Part shown: positions 30,335 through 40,366 of the stretch, piece by piece
Position numbering within the stretch: the stretch's first letter is position 1
Layout: each line of letters starts with the position of its first letter
Virus record (IMG/VR): IMGVR_UViG_3300032242_000738
Coordinates: 1 to 64,000 of that record
DNA length: 64,000 bases
Source of the DNA: a virus
Direction: 5' to 3' (one strand)
Translations under genes and position numbers: made by a program
Notes under the pieces: model-generated
Told to the model about the DNA's origin: nothing
What the model saw: only the letters and a program-made list of their open reading frames with translations
Database searches by the model: none

Positions 30335-31528
30335 ATGGCAACACGTAAACCCATAAAGAAAATCATTAAAGCTAGTGATTATTCACAGGTTAAGACACTT
30401 AACCCTAAAGACCCGGATACAGAATATTTAGGTCCTGAACCTATGTTTGCCGTACAGCCCGATGCAGATAGACGCCGAGTAGCACTTATGCGTAGTTTTA
30501 CTTGGTATGGACGTTTTTATGGTAAGAAAGATGCTAAAGAATTCTTAGCACAATACTTAGACCTACGTGACCGCCCACAAGAAGCTAAAATCATGCGTAA
30601 GATTGATGAGAAAGAATGTATCAATACACTATGCTGGTTAGCACGTATGGAATTGCGTGGATTAGAACTGTCCGAAACAGAATCAGATACACTACAAAAC
30701 GAAATTGTACGATTGCTTGAAACTATTAATAAGCCACAAGTAGTTGAAGCTTCAATTACCGGTGCACCTGAAGTTCCCACAAGACCTAATATTCAGGAAA
30801 TTCTTAAAGATAAAGCACGTGAAGCCGGTGGTGAACTTGAAGGACTGTTTGATGAATATATTACATCAGGCGCCGGAACAAAACATACATTACGTCCAAT
30901 TGACGAAGTGGCTAAAAAGAATGTAATGCCACAACATATCAGTATGTTGACCGAAGTATGGAAAAAGAAATTGAATGAGATTGAAGAGGTACTGAAAGGT
31001 ACGGATAGTCAATTGGTTCAGGGATATCAGCATCTATCCAAAACACAACTAAAGAATGTTGTAAAGTTTATTGAATTGGTCATCAATGATTTAAACAGTT
31101 ATATTAGTGTTAAGAAAGCGGCAAAAGCACCACGTGCCCGAAAAGCTGTTCCTGTAGAGAAACAGGTGGCAAAATTGAAATATCTGAAAACATTTGTAGA
31201 TACTGCAAATAAGCTTGATTTAGTAAGTGTCAGTCCTATCAAACTACATGGTGCAAGTGAAGCTTGGGTATATGATACCGCAAAGCGTAAACTACATCAT
31301 TATGTTGCAGATGAATATAGCAAAACATTTACTGTTAAAGGTAGCACATTGTTAGGTTTTGATACTGCACAAAGTGAAACTAAGACATTGAGAAAGCCGA
31401 GTGAACAGATTAAAGAAGTTATGGGTAGCAAGCCGGCTGCACGTAAATTCTACAAAGATATTAAAGCAGTTAGCACAACACCTAATGGTCGCTTTAATGA
31501 GAATATGATTATACTGAAAGCATTTTAA
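30335..31528 (+). CDS. early hypothetical protein
   Basis: 397 aa, SD AGGAG. Confidence 0.75.
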   Translation: MATRKPIKKIIKASDYSQVKTLNPKDPDTEYLGPEPMFAVQPDADRRRVALMRSFTWYGRFYGKKDAKEFLAQYLDLRDRPQEAKIMRKIDEKECINTLCWLARMELRGLELSETESDTLQNEIVRLLETINKPQVVEASITGAPEVPTRPNIQEILKDKAREAGGELEGLFDEYITSGAGTKHTLRPIDEVAKKNVMPQHISMLTEVWKKKLNEIEEVLKGTDSQLVQGYQHLSKTQLKNVVKFIELVINDLNSYISVKKAAKAPRARKAVPVEKQVAKLKYLKTFVDTANKLDLVSVSPIKLHGASEAWVYDTAKRKLHHYVADEYSKTFTVKGSTLLGFDTAQSETKTLRKPSEQIKEVMGSKPAARKFYKDIKAVSTTPNGRFNENMIILKAF

Positions 31529-31962
31529 TGAGTAATATTGATTTAAACAGATACAAAGATTTTGTAGAACAAGTAACTAGTCAACCTAGTGATGATTTGA
31601 CTACATTCATAAACCGTCTTGATGAACTTGATGGTAATTACATTGGTGATGGTGTTCATGGACCTAATATCAATGTACCATTATTATTGACTGCATGTTT
31701 AGGACTTGCAGCCGAAAGTGGCGAATTCATTGAAGTGCCCAAGAAGATGTTTTTTCAGGGTAAACCGCTCAATGAAGAAAATCTATTTCACATGAAACGT
31801 GAATTAGGTGACATTATGTGGTATTGGATCAATGCATGTAGAGCATTGAATCTTGATCCAAATGATGTTATTGATGAGAATGTGCGTAAATTAGAAAGTC
31901 GCTATCCCGGTGGCTCGTTTGATGCACATTATAGTGAAAATCGTAAAGAAGGTGACTTATGA
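31528..31962 (+). CDS. MazG-like nucleotide pyrophosphohydrolase
   Basis: GLAAESGE, KRELGDIMWY, NVRKLESRYP. Confidence 0.85.
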   Translation: MSNIDLNRYKDFVEQVTSQPSDDLTTFINRLDELDGNYIGDGVHGPNINVPLLLTACLGLAAESGEFIEVPKKMFFQGKPLNEENLFHMKRELGDIMWYWINACRALNLDPNDVIDENVRKLESRYPGGSFDAHYSENRKEGDL

Positions 31963-32555
31963 AAGCTAAAATTAAATCTCTAAAAGTAAATTTATCTGAG
32001 GTGGATTTTGTAGATCCATCAAAGGTAAATGATGGTACTAATGGTAAAATCCTTGAACAAGCAATGATTGAACAAGGATTCCCTGTAGACACACAAGGAA
32101 CAGTAGATTTGCCGGGTGTTGAAGTTAAAAGCAGGAAAGCAACTACAAATTGTATGCATACAGTTGGTACTATGACATATGATGATATCATTAACACACC
32201 CTGGGATCAAATTCCTTTGAAAGATAAGCTACAAAAACAATATCGTGTTACTATTGATAAGGATGAAACAACAGATACAATTAATGCCACCGGCAAAGTT
32301 GTAGATTTAACTGATCCGGAGATTCAAGAAAGATTTAAAGAGGCATATGAAAAGAATCGTGCAGTACTTATTGCACAAGGTAAAATTCATAAAGGTCAAA
32401 CTATCACTGCCGGTGGACAGTATGGCGCATTAGAACATAAACCTACTAAAACCGGTAAAGGTAAAAGTTATGCAATACGTATTCCAAATTCAGGTATGAA
32501 AAAAGTACTTAATATTGCCAATAGTACATACTCTACTTTGTTTGAAGAAGTCTAA
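31959..32555 (+). CDS. putative PD-(D/E)XK nuclease (MutH/BcnI-like)
   Basis: GKILEQ...VDLPGVEVKSR. Confidence 0.5.
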   Translation: MKAKIKSLKVNLSEVDFVDPSKVNDGTNGKILEQAMIEQGFPVDTQGTVDLPGVEVKSRKATTNCMHTVGTMTYDDIINTPWDQIPLKDKLQKQYRVTIDKDETTDTINATGKVVDLTDPEIQERFKEAYEKNRAVLIAQGKIHKGQTITAGGQYGALEHKPTKTGKGKSYAIRIPNSGMKKVLNIANSTYSTLFEEV

Positions 32556-32556
32556 T

Positions 32557-32598
32557 CATATATGTTTCCTGATAAATATAAGTTAGGAAACATATATG
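32557..32598 (+). promoter_or_regulatory. RBS-sequestering hairpin with late promoter in loop
   Basis: catatatgtttcct / aggaaacatatatg perfect 14-bp inverted repeat around GATAAATA. Confidence 0.75.
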
Positions 32599-33564
32599 TC
32601 AATAACAATTACAGGTGGAATAACTTTTGGTAGTGTAGGTGGTGTAAGTATTATTGCACCGCCCGGTGGCACTCAAAAGGCTATATTTGGATATGGTGCA
32701 AATTCTGGTGCCATAGCTGTTAAAATAACTAACTTAGTAAGTAATACCGGTGTTGTTGCTACGGATACCGCAGGCGCAGGTACAGCTAGGCTTTCTCTAT
32801 CAGCCTCTATATACGGCGGTGATAAAGCTGTATTTGGGTATGGTGCGGATACCGGCGGAGGTGCATTATCAATGACCAATCTAGTAAGTAATACAGGTGT
32901 GGTAGCGACAGATACAACCGGTGTTGGTATTACTAGGTTTTCATTAGCCGCGGCAGGCTATGGCACAGATAAAGCTATATTTGGATATGGCGCAAATTCT
33001 GGTGCTACGTCAATATCAATAACCAACTTAGTATCAAATGCCGGTGTAGTAGCTACAGATACAACAGGTGTTGGTACTGCTAGACGATATCTTGCTGCCG
33101 CCGGCTATGGTACAGATAAAGCTATATTTGGATATGGTGAAGATAGCGGTGGCGGTACATTGTCAATGACTAACTTAGTAAATAATACCGGTGTTGTTGC
33201 TACAAATACCACAGGTGTCGGCACTGATAGAAGTCACCTTGCAGCCACAGGATATGGTAGTTCAGGACAGGCTATATTTGGATATGGATCAAATTCCGGC
33301 GGTATTGGAGTAAAAATAACCAACCTAATAAGTAATACCGGTGTTGTTGCTACTGATACTACAGGAGTAGGCTCTGCTAGGCTTTCTCTATCAGCCTCTA
33401 TATACGGCGGTGATAAAGCTGTATTTGGGTATGGTGCGGATACCGGCGGAGGTGCATTATCAATGACCAATCTAGTAAGTAATACAGGAGTAGTTGCTAC
33501 AGATACAGCTGGTGTAGGTACTGCTAGATATGGATTAGCAGCCGCAGGGTATTCATTAACCTAA
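32596..33564 (+). CDS. six-repeat (about 49 aa) beta-propeller-like virion protein
   Basis: KAIFGYG...TNLVSNTGVVATDT.GVGTAR..LAAAGYG x6. Confidence 0.7.
   Translation: MSITITGGITFGSVGGVSIIAPPGGTQKAIFGYGANSGAIAVKITNLVSNTGVVATDTAGAGTARLSLSASIYGGDKAVFGYGADTGGGALSMTNLVSNTGVVATDTTGVGITRFSLAAAGYGTDKAIFGYGANSGATSISITNLVSNAGVVATDTTGVGTARRYLAAAGYGTDKAIFGYGEDSGGGTLSMTNLVNNTGVVATNTTGVGTDRSHLAATGYGSSGQAIFGYGSNSGGIGVKITNLISNTGVVATDTTGVGSARLSLSASIYGGDKAVFGYGADTGGGALSMTNLVSNTGVVATDTAGVGTARYGLAAAGYSLT
32785..33488 (+). repeat. 113-bp exact direct repeat (32785-32897 and 33376-33488)
   Basis: Base-by-base identity. Confidence 0.85.
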
Positions 33565-33620
33565 AAATCATAATTATTATCTATAGTTTCCTGATAAATA
33601 CAATATACAGGTAAACAACT

Positions 33621-34418
33621 ATGACAATATCATCAACAGCAAATATCCTATCTACACCATCTGGTCTACGACTAGATGAACTAAAACAGGCACTATTCCA
33701 AAACATTAGATATCGTCTAGGTGATGGTATCATTGACTTAGAATTAGATCCTCAACACTATGAGGCTGCTTATAACTATGCTATTAAAGTATATCGTCAA
33801 AGAGCACAAAACGCTACATCAGAATCTTATACTCTTTTTACAATAGAAAAAAACGTAGATACTTATACACTTCCTAGTGAATTCATCAATGTACGCTGTT
33901 TATATCGTAGAACAGTTGGTCTTGAAACAGGGCCAGGTTCTAGCAGTTTTGATCCATTCAGTAGTGCTATTCTTAATACATACTTACTAAACTATAACTA
34001 TGCAGGTGGTATGGCAACATATGACTTTTATGCTGGTTATGTTGAATTAGCCGCACGTATGTTTGGTGGTTATGTTGTATATACATTTGATCCAGTAACA
34101 AAAGTTTTACGTATAGTTCGTGATCCAAAAGGTAGTGGTGAACGTGTTCTTATTTGGGCAGACATACAACGAACAGAAGAAGTATTATTACAGGATCCGG
34201 GCGCTGGTGTTTGGATTGGCGACTTTGTGTTAGCTAATCTTAAAGTAATTATCGGTGAAGCACGTGAGAAATTTGCTAGTATTGCAGGGCCAGGTGGTGG
34301 AACAAGTTTAAATGGTGCAGCCATGAAAGCTGAAGGAAAGGCTGCAATGGAACTATGTATTGACGAACTCAAACGTTATGTAGATTATAGTCAACCACTA
34401 ACTTGGGTACAGGGCTAA
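33621..34418 (+). CDS. gp13: neck/head-tail adaptor (gp13-like)
   Basis: RLGDGIIDLEL...IGEAREKF...PGGG..LNG. Confidence 0.75.
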   Translation: MTISSTANILSTPSGLRLDELKQALFQNIRYRLGDGIIDLELDPQHYEAAYNYAIKVYRQRAQNATSESYTLFTIEKNVDTYTLPSEFINVRCLYRRTVGLETGPGSSSFDPFSSAILNTYLLNYNYAGGMATYDFYAGYVELAARMFGGYVVYTFDPVTKVLRIVRDPKGSGERVLIWADIQRTEEVLLQDPGAGVWIGDFVLANLKVIIGEAREKFASIAGPGGGTSLNGAAMKAEGKAAMELCIDELKRYVDYSQPLTWVQG

Positions 34419-35588
34419 ATGAGAGCCAATGAATTCATAACAGAAGTCAGAGATCGGATGTATCAATACATCCGAAGCATTGTTCCTACATGGCCAGAAT
34501 ATGTTGTGCAAGACTTGTTGTATAAAGGTCGCGGTAAAAATAAAAATTATAATGTCAATAGTGATGTCAAAGGCGAAATCCTTGAAATGATTGCGGACGC
34601 AGGACTAAGTCCCAACACTAACCCTTGGCAACTTGTGCCCAACATGAAGTTTACCATGGATATGTTTACTCCAAAGACCAAACAGAATTTAATAGCAAGG
34701 GCTGGCGGAAAAAGTGATTTAGGTATGGGCATACCAAAAGATGCTGAAAGACATGCTACACAAGCCGCACTTGTTCAACAAGTAGGTGTGAGTAAAGAAC
34801 CAGTGATCTTAATAAAAACACCACACGGATATGCTCTACCAGAAGGTTGGCACAGAACTATACAACACTTTGCCAAGTATCCTGACGGATATACGGGTCC
34901 TGCTTATGTAGCAGTGGCACATGGTCAGAACAGTTTGGAGGAAGGCTTGGAAGATTATGAAGGTATAAAAATCAAGTTCAGCAAAGATTCTAATGGAGTA
35001 GCAATCAAAGCATTATCAAATGACAGCAACAAAGTATTAGGAAGTGTTGAACTATTTTTCAACGAAAAGGGACAGTTAGAACCGCAAGACCTTTGGGTCA
35101 ATGATCGTTATCAAGGACAAGGCATTGCTAAAGCAATGTATGACTTTTTAAAAAATAAAGGCTACACTATTATTAGAAGTTGGGATCAAACTGACGCAGG
35201 TGCAGGATTTTGGAACAAGCACAAAGGCACAGGGGTCAATGTCTGGGAACAAGGTGTGGCGGAAGGCATCTCAAACGACATGTCTACAAAAGATATGATT
35301 GCATATCTAAGACAACACCATGATACAAATCTACATCAAGATTATCTAAATCACATAAACACATTTAGCAAGTTTGTGTTACAAAATGTTCCTGTAAATT
35401 CAATCAAAACAAATTTGCCTAAACTAGATCCTGCAAAAGTAGAACAATACAAACAAATGGATTTTAGTAAGGCTCCTCCTATTGTAATGGGCGGGGGATA
35501 TATTTTAGATGGTTACCACAGAGCCAACGTAGCAAAAGCATTGGGTATTCCTACTATTAAAGCCTATGTTGGTATCACAACAAAATAA
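34419..35588 (+). CDS. modular ParB-like / GNAT / ParB-like protein
   Basis: EGWHR; LWVNDRYQGQGIAKAMY; PPIV..ILDGYHR; linkers LEEG and QGVAEG. Confidence 0.65.
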   Translation: MRANEFITEVRDRMYQYIRSIVPTWPEYVVQDLLYKGRGKNKNYNVNSDVKGEILEMIADAGLSPNTNPWQLVPNMKFTMDMFTPKTKQNLIARAGGKSDLGMGIPKDAERHATQAALVQQVGVSKEPVILIKTPHGYALPEGWHRTIQHFAKYPDGYTGPAYVAVAHGQNSLEEGLEDYEGIKIKFSKDSNGVAIKALSNDSNKVLGSVELFFNEKGQLEPQDLWVNDRYQGQGIAKAMYDFLKNKGYTIIRSWDQTDAGAGFWNKHKGTGVNVWEQGVAEGISNDMSTKDMIAYLRQHHDTNLHQDYLNHINTFSKFVLQNVPVNSIKTNLPKLDPAKVEQYKQMDFSKAPPIVMGGGYILDGYHRANVAKALGIPTIKAYVGITTK

Positions 35589-35647
35589 CCTAATCTCTTT
35601 ACTTTATAGCTCTCCTGTAGTATAATATGTATTACAGGAGTTACCAT

Positions 35648-36280
35648 ATGATTATTGGAATTACGGGACTAATTTCGAGCGGCAAAGACACTATTGCCGA
35701 CTATCTTTGCACATTTCACGGGTTCAAGCGTGTTAGTTTTGCGGCATCATTGAAAGATGCAGTAGCAGCCGTCTTTGGTTGGGATAGAGAATACTTAGAA
35801 GGTTCAACTAAAAAAAGCAGAGAATGGCGAGAACAAAAAGACCAATGGTGGAGTGATCGTTTAGGAATGAATATTACACCAAGATGGGTATTACAATACT
35901 GGGGAACAGAGGTATGTCGTAATAACTTTCACAATGATATTTGGGTAGCTAGCGTAGAGAATAAATTACGTCAAACCACTGATAATATTGTAATTACCGA
36001 TTGTCGTTTTGCTAATGAAGTAAGTGCAATTAAGAATGCCGGCGGAATTACTATGCGTGTTAGTCGTGGTCTACGTCCAGAATGGTATAGTGCGGCAGTT
36101 GATTACAATAATGAACCTGCAGGTAGCGAATCACATCAAAAAGCTATGGTAGAATTAGCTAATTATGCAGTACATGCCAGTGAATATAGCAGTATTGGAT
36201 TATTGTATGACCATTATATTGATAATAATGGATCAATTGATGATTTGCACAAGCAAGTCAACTCAGTAGTCAACTTGTAA
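35648..36280 (+). CDS. gp1: deoxynucleoside monophosphate kinase
   Basis: GLISSGKDT, FAASLKD, LQYWGTEVCR, ITDCRFANE, HASE; SD AGGAG before ATG 35648. Confidence 0.88.
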   Translation: MIIGITGLISSGKDTIADYLCTFHGFKRVSFAASLKDAVAAVFGWDREYLEGSTKKSREWREQKDQWWSDRLGMNITPRWVLQYWGTEVCRNNFHNDIWVASVENKLRQTTDNIVITDCRFANEVSAIKNAGGITMRVSRGLRPEWYSAAVDYNNEPAGSESHQKAMVELANYAVHASEYSSIGLLYDHYIDNNGSIDDLHKQVNSVVNL

Positions 36281-36607
36281 GTCACCACGTTTCCAAGTAA
36301 CTTCTTTCTTTTTAACTACTTCTACACAGTTAAGACATATACTACGTAAGTTAACCAAGTCAGCATTTTCTAAATTACCGTCAATATGAAAGACGGTAAT
36401 CTGACTTGGGAATAGACTTTTGAAACCGCATAAATCACATGCGGTTTTTTTCTTATATCCTTTAGTTTTCCATTTAGGATTTCTAGGTTTAAGTTTGTTT
36501 TTCTTTCTACCACACTCATCACACAAGCTTCTATAGTGTGTTATACCTAGCCGTTTATAGTTAACAGCACAGTGGTTCTTTCCGCAAGTATTACATATAG
36601 GTCGCAT
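36263..36607 (-). CDS. zinc-finger / HNH-like protein
   Basis: CxxC pairs and HIDGNLEN...NL..ICLNC; start MRPIC. Confidence 0.65.
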   Translation of the reverse strand: MRPICNTCGKNHCAVNYKRLGITHYRSLCDECGRKKNKLKPRNPKWKTKGYKKKTACDLCGFKSLFPSQITVFHIDGNLENADLVNLRSICLNCVEVVKKKEVTWKRGDLQVDY

Positions 36608-36727
36608 GATGTATTTACTCACGGAACCTTCAAAGGCACGGTAAGACTGTCTTTTTAAAGGTATTTGATAAATATTAATATGCAATCAGGTAGTAAACCT
36701 CAAAATTTTACATAAAGGAAATATAAA

Positions 36728-39700
36728 ATGGCATTAACATCTCCAGGCGTAGAAGTACAAATCATTGACCAGAGTCAATACCTTCCAGCCCCAACGAATT
36801 CAGTCCCACTTATTTTAGTAGCAACAGCACAAAACAAAGCTGATGCATCTGGAACAGGTGTAGCAGCCGCGACAACAGCAGCTAACGCAAACAAATTATT
36901 CCAAGTAACAAGTCAGAGAGACTTAGTAAACTTGTATGGTACACCGTTCTTCTATACAACGACAAATGGTACACCAATACAGGGTTATGAGTTAAATGAG
37001 TATGGTTTATTAGCAGCCTACAGTACATTAGGTGTAACAAATCGTTGTTATGTCTTACGTGCTGATATTGATCTAGCAAGTTTAGTAGGTCAAACAGGTC
37101 GTCCAACAGGTAGCCCAGACAGTGGTACATATTGGTTAGATACTACAACTAGTACATGGGGTATATATGAATTTAATCAAACTACTGGTCAATTCATGTT
37201 ACAGAATCCTATTGTTATTACAATGGATAGTGATTTAACAGCAGGTGTACCAAACAATAGTATTGGTAATATCGGCGATTATGCTGTAAATGCTATGCAA
37301 GCCATGAGTGACCCTGAAGCGTTAAATGATAGAACATATTTTTACAAAACATCATCAAATGCATGGACAATATTAGGTTCAAGTGCTTGGAAATTAGATG
37401 TTCCTACAATACAAGCAACACAATCTAATCCAACATTAGGTGCAGGTGTATTCACTATCAATTTATCTGGTACATCAGGCGTTACTGCAACTATTAATGT
37501 TTCTAGTGGCAACACTGTTGATAATGTTGCATCTACTATTAATGGTTTTGGATGGGCTGGTATGTATGCTGAAGTTCGTAGTGGTAAATTATGTATTTTC
37601 AGTAATCAATTTGGCAATGGTTCTTGTTTAATTATTGCTAATGTATCTGGTACTGCACTTGCAGATATAGGTATTGCAACTGGTCGTTATAATCAGCCTG
37701 CATTTGTATATGGTACAAGTGCCCAAATGCCATTATGGAACACAAGTCAAACAACTCCTCGTCCAACAGGTAGTGTATGGTTAAAAGTTGGATCAGCTGG
37801 TACTGGTTTAAGTCCAGCACTTTCTGTATACAACGGTGCTACAAATTCTTGGTCAGCTAAGAATGTATCTTTAGCAACAAGTGATTGGGTAGCAAGCGCA
37901 AACTTAGATGCTACTGGTGGTAAAGCAATACTTCCGGGAACTGTATATTGCCAATATGCATTTGATGCAACAGGTGTTAATCCAAGTCAGACTGCTCCTA
38001 TTTACATGTGGGAAAGAATAGCGACAGGTGAAACAGTAGTTACAGGTAATGTAAGTAATCCAATGTTTAATCTTGGTCCATATTACATGGAAGTATCTGT
38101 AAGTGTTCCTGGAAGCACAACTTTAGACGGTCCATATTATTTTGAATTAGACGATAATAGTGATGCAGTTGATTTTGTAACAGCATGGCAAGCAGCTGGT
38201 ATATCTTATACAACTGCAATGGTAACAACAGACGGTGCTATTCAATTAACACATACTGAAGGTGGTGAAATCATATTAAATGACTTTGTTAATAGCTCAT
38301 TTACTAATACAAATGCTTCTAATGGATTAATTGCCGCAGCTGGATTTGTTATAGATACAACATCTGGAGTAAAATATGGTCCTTCTAATACAACATATTT
38401 GAATGTTACTGGCACAGGTGGTACTGGATCAGGAGCTACTTATGACATTCTAGTAACTGCTGGAGTATATATAGTACATAATGCTGGCATAACAAGTCCA
38501 GGTGCAGGTGGTTATACATTGGGTGATCAAATTACTATACCAGGTACACAACTTGGTGGAACTAGCCCAGCAAATAATTTAGTTGTTGAAATAACATCAG
38601 TATCAGTAGGTGGTAACCCAACATCAATTACTTATGTATCAGGTAATCCTACACATACATATCTAACACAGTTAAGTAACTGGAGAGAGTTCACTTATAT
38701 TGCTAATGAAGGTGCGCCAGCAATGGCTCCTGCGAATGATACTAACTGGTTCTATAGTGTAGTAGATCAAGTTGATATTATGGTAAACTTCAGTGGTAAC
38801 TGGTATGGTTATGGTAATCGTAACTATGATAGTAACGGATTCCCATTACCAACATTCAGTACATCAGCTACTAATCCAACTGGTCCATTAATTAGTGCAA
38901 CTGCACCAACAACACAAAGTGATGGTACTAATTTAGTATACGGTGATATTTGGATTGACACTAGTGATTTAGAAAATTATCCAATTATTAATCGTTGGCA
39001 AAGTGTTAATGGTATAAATCAATGGGTATTACTTGATAATACAAATCAAACAAGTAGTACAGGTGTAGTATTTGCTGACGCACGTTGGTCAAGTAATCAA
39101 AACACTATTAGCCCAGTTGATGATCCTATACCAACAATCACTGGCTTATTAGCTAGTAACAACCTTGATTTAGATGCACCTGATCCAACATTATATCCTT
39201 CTGGTATGTTGTTATTCAACACACGCCGTAGTGGTTATAACGTAAAACAGTTCAGAACTAACTACTTCAATGGTACTAGTTTCCCTGATACACAATTACC
39301 ATATTACAAAGATACTTGGGTAACAGTAAGTGGTAATCAAGCAACAGGTGCACCTTACATGGGTCGTAAAGCACAACGTGCAATGGTTGTACAATCATTG
39401 AATATGGCAATTGCTACTAACACAGCAATACGTGATGAAGATAACTTCTTCAACTTGTTAGCAACACCAAACTATCCAGAACTACAACCTGGTATGATTA
39501 CATTAAATAATGACCGTGGTCAAACTGGTTATATTTTAGGTGACACACCGTTGCGTTTACCTGATAGTGCTACTGCAATTCAAGCATGGGCTAACAATGA
39601 AGCTGGCGCAGCAAGTACAGGTGAAGAAGGTTTAGTAACACGTGATACATATATGGGTCTATTCTATCCAAGTGGATTAGCAACTGACTTACAAGGTAAT

Positions 39701-40303
39701 CAAGTTGCAGTACCAGCATCATATATGATGTTGCGTACATTCTTACGTAATGATACGATTAGTTATCCTTGGTTAGCGGCAGCTGGTACTCGTCGTGGTA
39801 CAATTGACAATGCATTAAGTATTGGTTACGTTGATAATATGACTGGTGAGTTTATGCCGATCAAGACACGTTTAGGTATACGTGATGTATTGTATATCAA
39901 TTTCATTAATCCTTTAGTATTCTTTACTGGTGTAGGACTATTGAATTATGGTAACAAGACTAGCTTTAATAGTCAAAGTGCGTTAGATAGAACTAACGTT
40001 GCACGATTGATTGCTTATATACGTAGACAATTAACATTAGCAGCAAGACCGTTTGTATTTGAACCTAACGATGCATTGACACGTAATCAAATCGCAGGTG
40101 TTGTACAGTCATTGATGGTTGATTTAGTTGCTAAACGCGGTCTATACGATTATCTTGTAGTATGTGACGAAAGTAACAATACGCCAGCAAGAATTGATAG
40201 AAGTGAACTATGGATAGATGTTGCAGTTGAACCTGTTAAGGCAGCTGAATTTATCTATATCCCAGTTCGTATAATGAACACGGGCGCTATTGGTGCTCAA
40301 TAA
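36728..40303 (+). CDS. gp18: contractile tail sheath protein with large insertions
   Basis: SPGVEVQIID start; PWLAAAG..RG, LDRTNVARL, FVFEPND, PVKAAEFIYI. Confidence 0.92.
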   Translation: MALTSPGVEVQIIDQSQYLPAPTNSVPLILVATAQNKADASGTGVAAATTAANANKLFQVTSQRDLVNLYGTPFFYTTTNGTPIQGYELNEYGLLAAYSTLGVTNRCYVLRADIDLASLVGQTGRPTGSPDSGTYWLDTTTSTWGIYEFNQTTGQFMLQNPIVITMDSDLTAGVPNNSIGNIGDYAVNAMQAMSDPEALNDRTYFYKTSSNAWTILGSSAWKLDVPTIQATQSNPTLGAGVFTINLSGTSGVTATINVSSGNTVDNVASTINGFGWAGMYAEVRSGKLCIFSNQFGNGSCLIIANVSGTALADIGIATGRYNQPAFVYGTSAQMPLWNTSQTTPRPTGSVWLKVGSAGTGLSPALSVYNGATNSWSAKNVSLATSDWVASANLDATGGKAILPGTVYCQYAFDATGVNPSQTAPIYMWERIATGETVVTGNVSNPMFNLGPYYMEVSVSVPGSTTLDGPYYFELDDNSDAVDFVTAWQAAGISYTTAMVTTDGAIQLTHTEGGEIILNDFVNSSFTNTNASNGLIAAAGFVIDTTSGVKYGPSNTTYLNVTGTGGTGSGATYDILVTAGVYIVHNAGITSPGAGGYTLGDQITIPGTQLGGTSPANNLVVEITSVSVGGNPTSITYVSGNPTHTYLTQLSNWREFTYIANEGAPAMAPANDTNWFYSVVDQVDIMVNFSGNWYGYGNRNYDSNGFPLPTFSTSATNPTGPLISATAPTTQSDGTNLVYGDIWIDTSDLENYPIINRWQSVNGINQWVLLDNTNQTSSTGVVFADARWSSNQNTISPVDDPIPTITGLLASNNLDLDAPDPTLYPSGMLLFNTRRSGYNVKQFRTNYFNGTSFPDTQLPYYKDTWVTVSGNQATGAPYMGRKAQRAMVVQSLNMAIATNTAIRDEDNFFNLLATPNYPELQPGMITLNNDRGQTGYILGDTPLRLPDSATAIQAWANNEAGAASTGEEGLVTRDTYMGLFYPSGLATDLQGNQVAVPASYMMLRTFLRNDTISYPWLAAAGTRRGTIDNALSIGYVDNMTGEFMPIKTRLGIRDVLYINFINPLVFFTGVGLLNYGNKTSFNSQSALDRTNVARLIAYIRRQLTLAARPFVFEPNDALTRNQIAGVVQSLMVDLVAKRGLYDYLVVCDESNNTPARIDRSELWIDVAVEPVKAAEFIYIPVRIMNTGAIGAQ

Positions 40304-40308
40304 AATAT

Positions 40309-40328
40309 GATACCCCGAAAGGGGTATC
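40309..40328 (+). terminator. hairpin/terminator between sheath and tube
   Basis: gatacccc-gaaa-ggggtatc. Confidence 0.65.
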
Positions 40329-40366
40329 TATTTCTAATAGATAAATATTAATAACAGGAGAAAAAA

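Noticed and set aside
32785-33488. 113-bp repeat as a DGR template/variable pair
   Set aside because: Copies are identical with no adenine-specific differences, both are in one ORF, and no reverse transcriptase is present in the window
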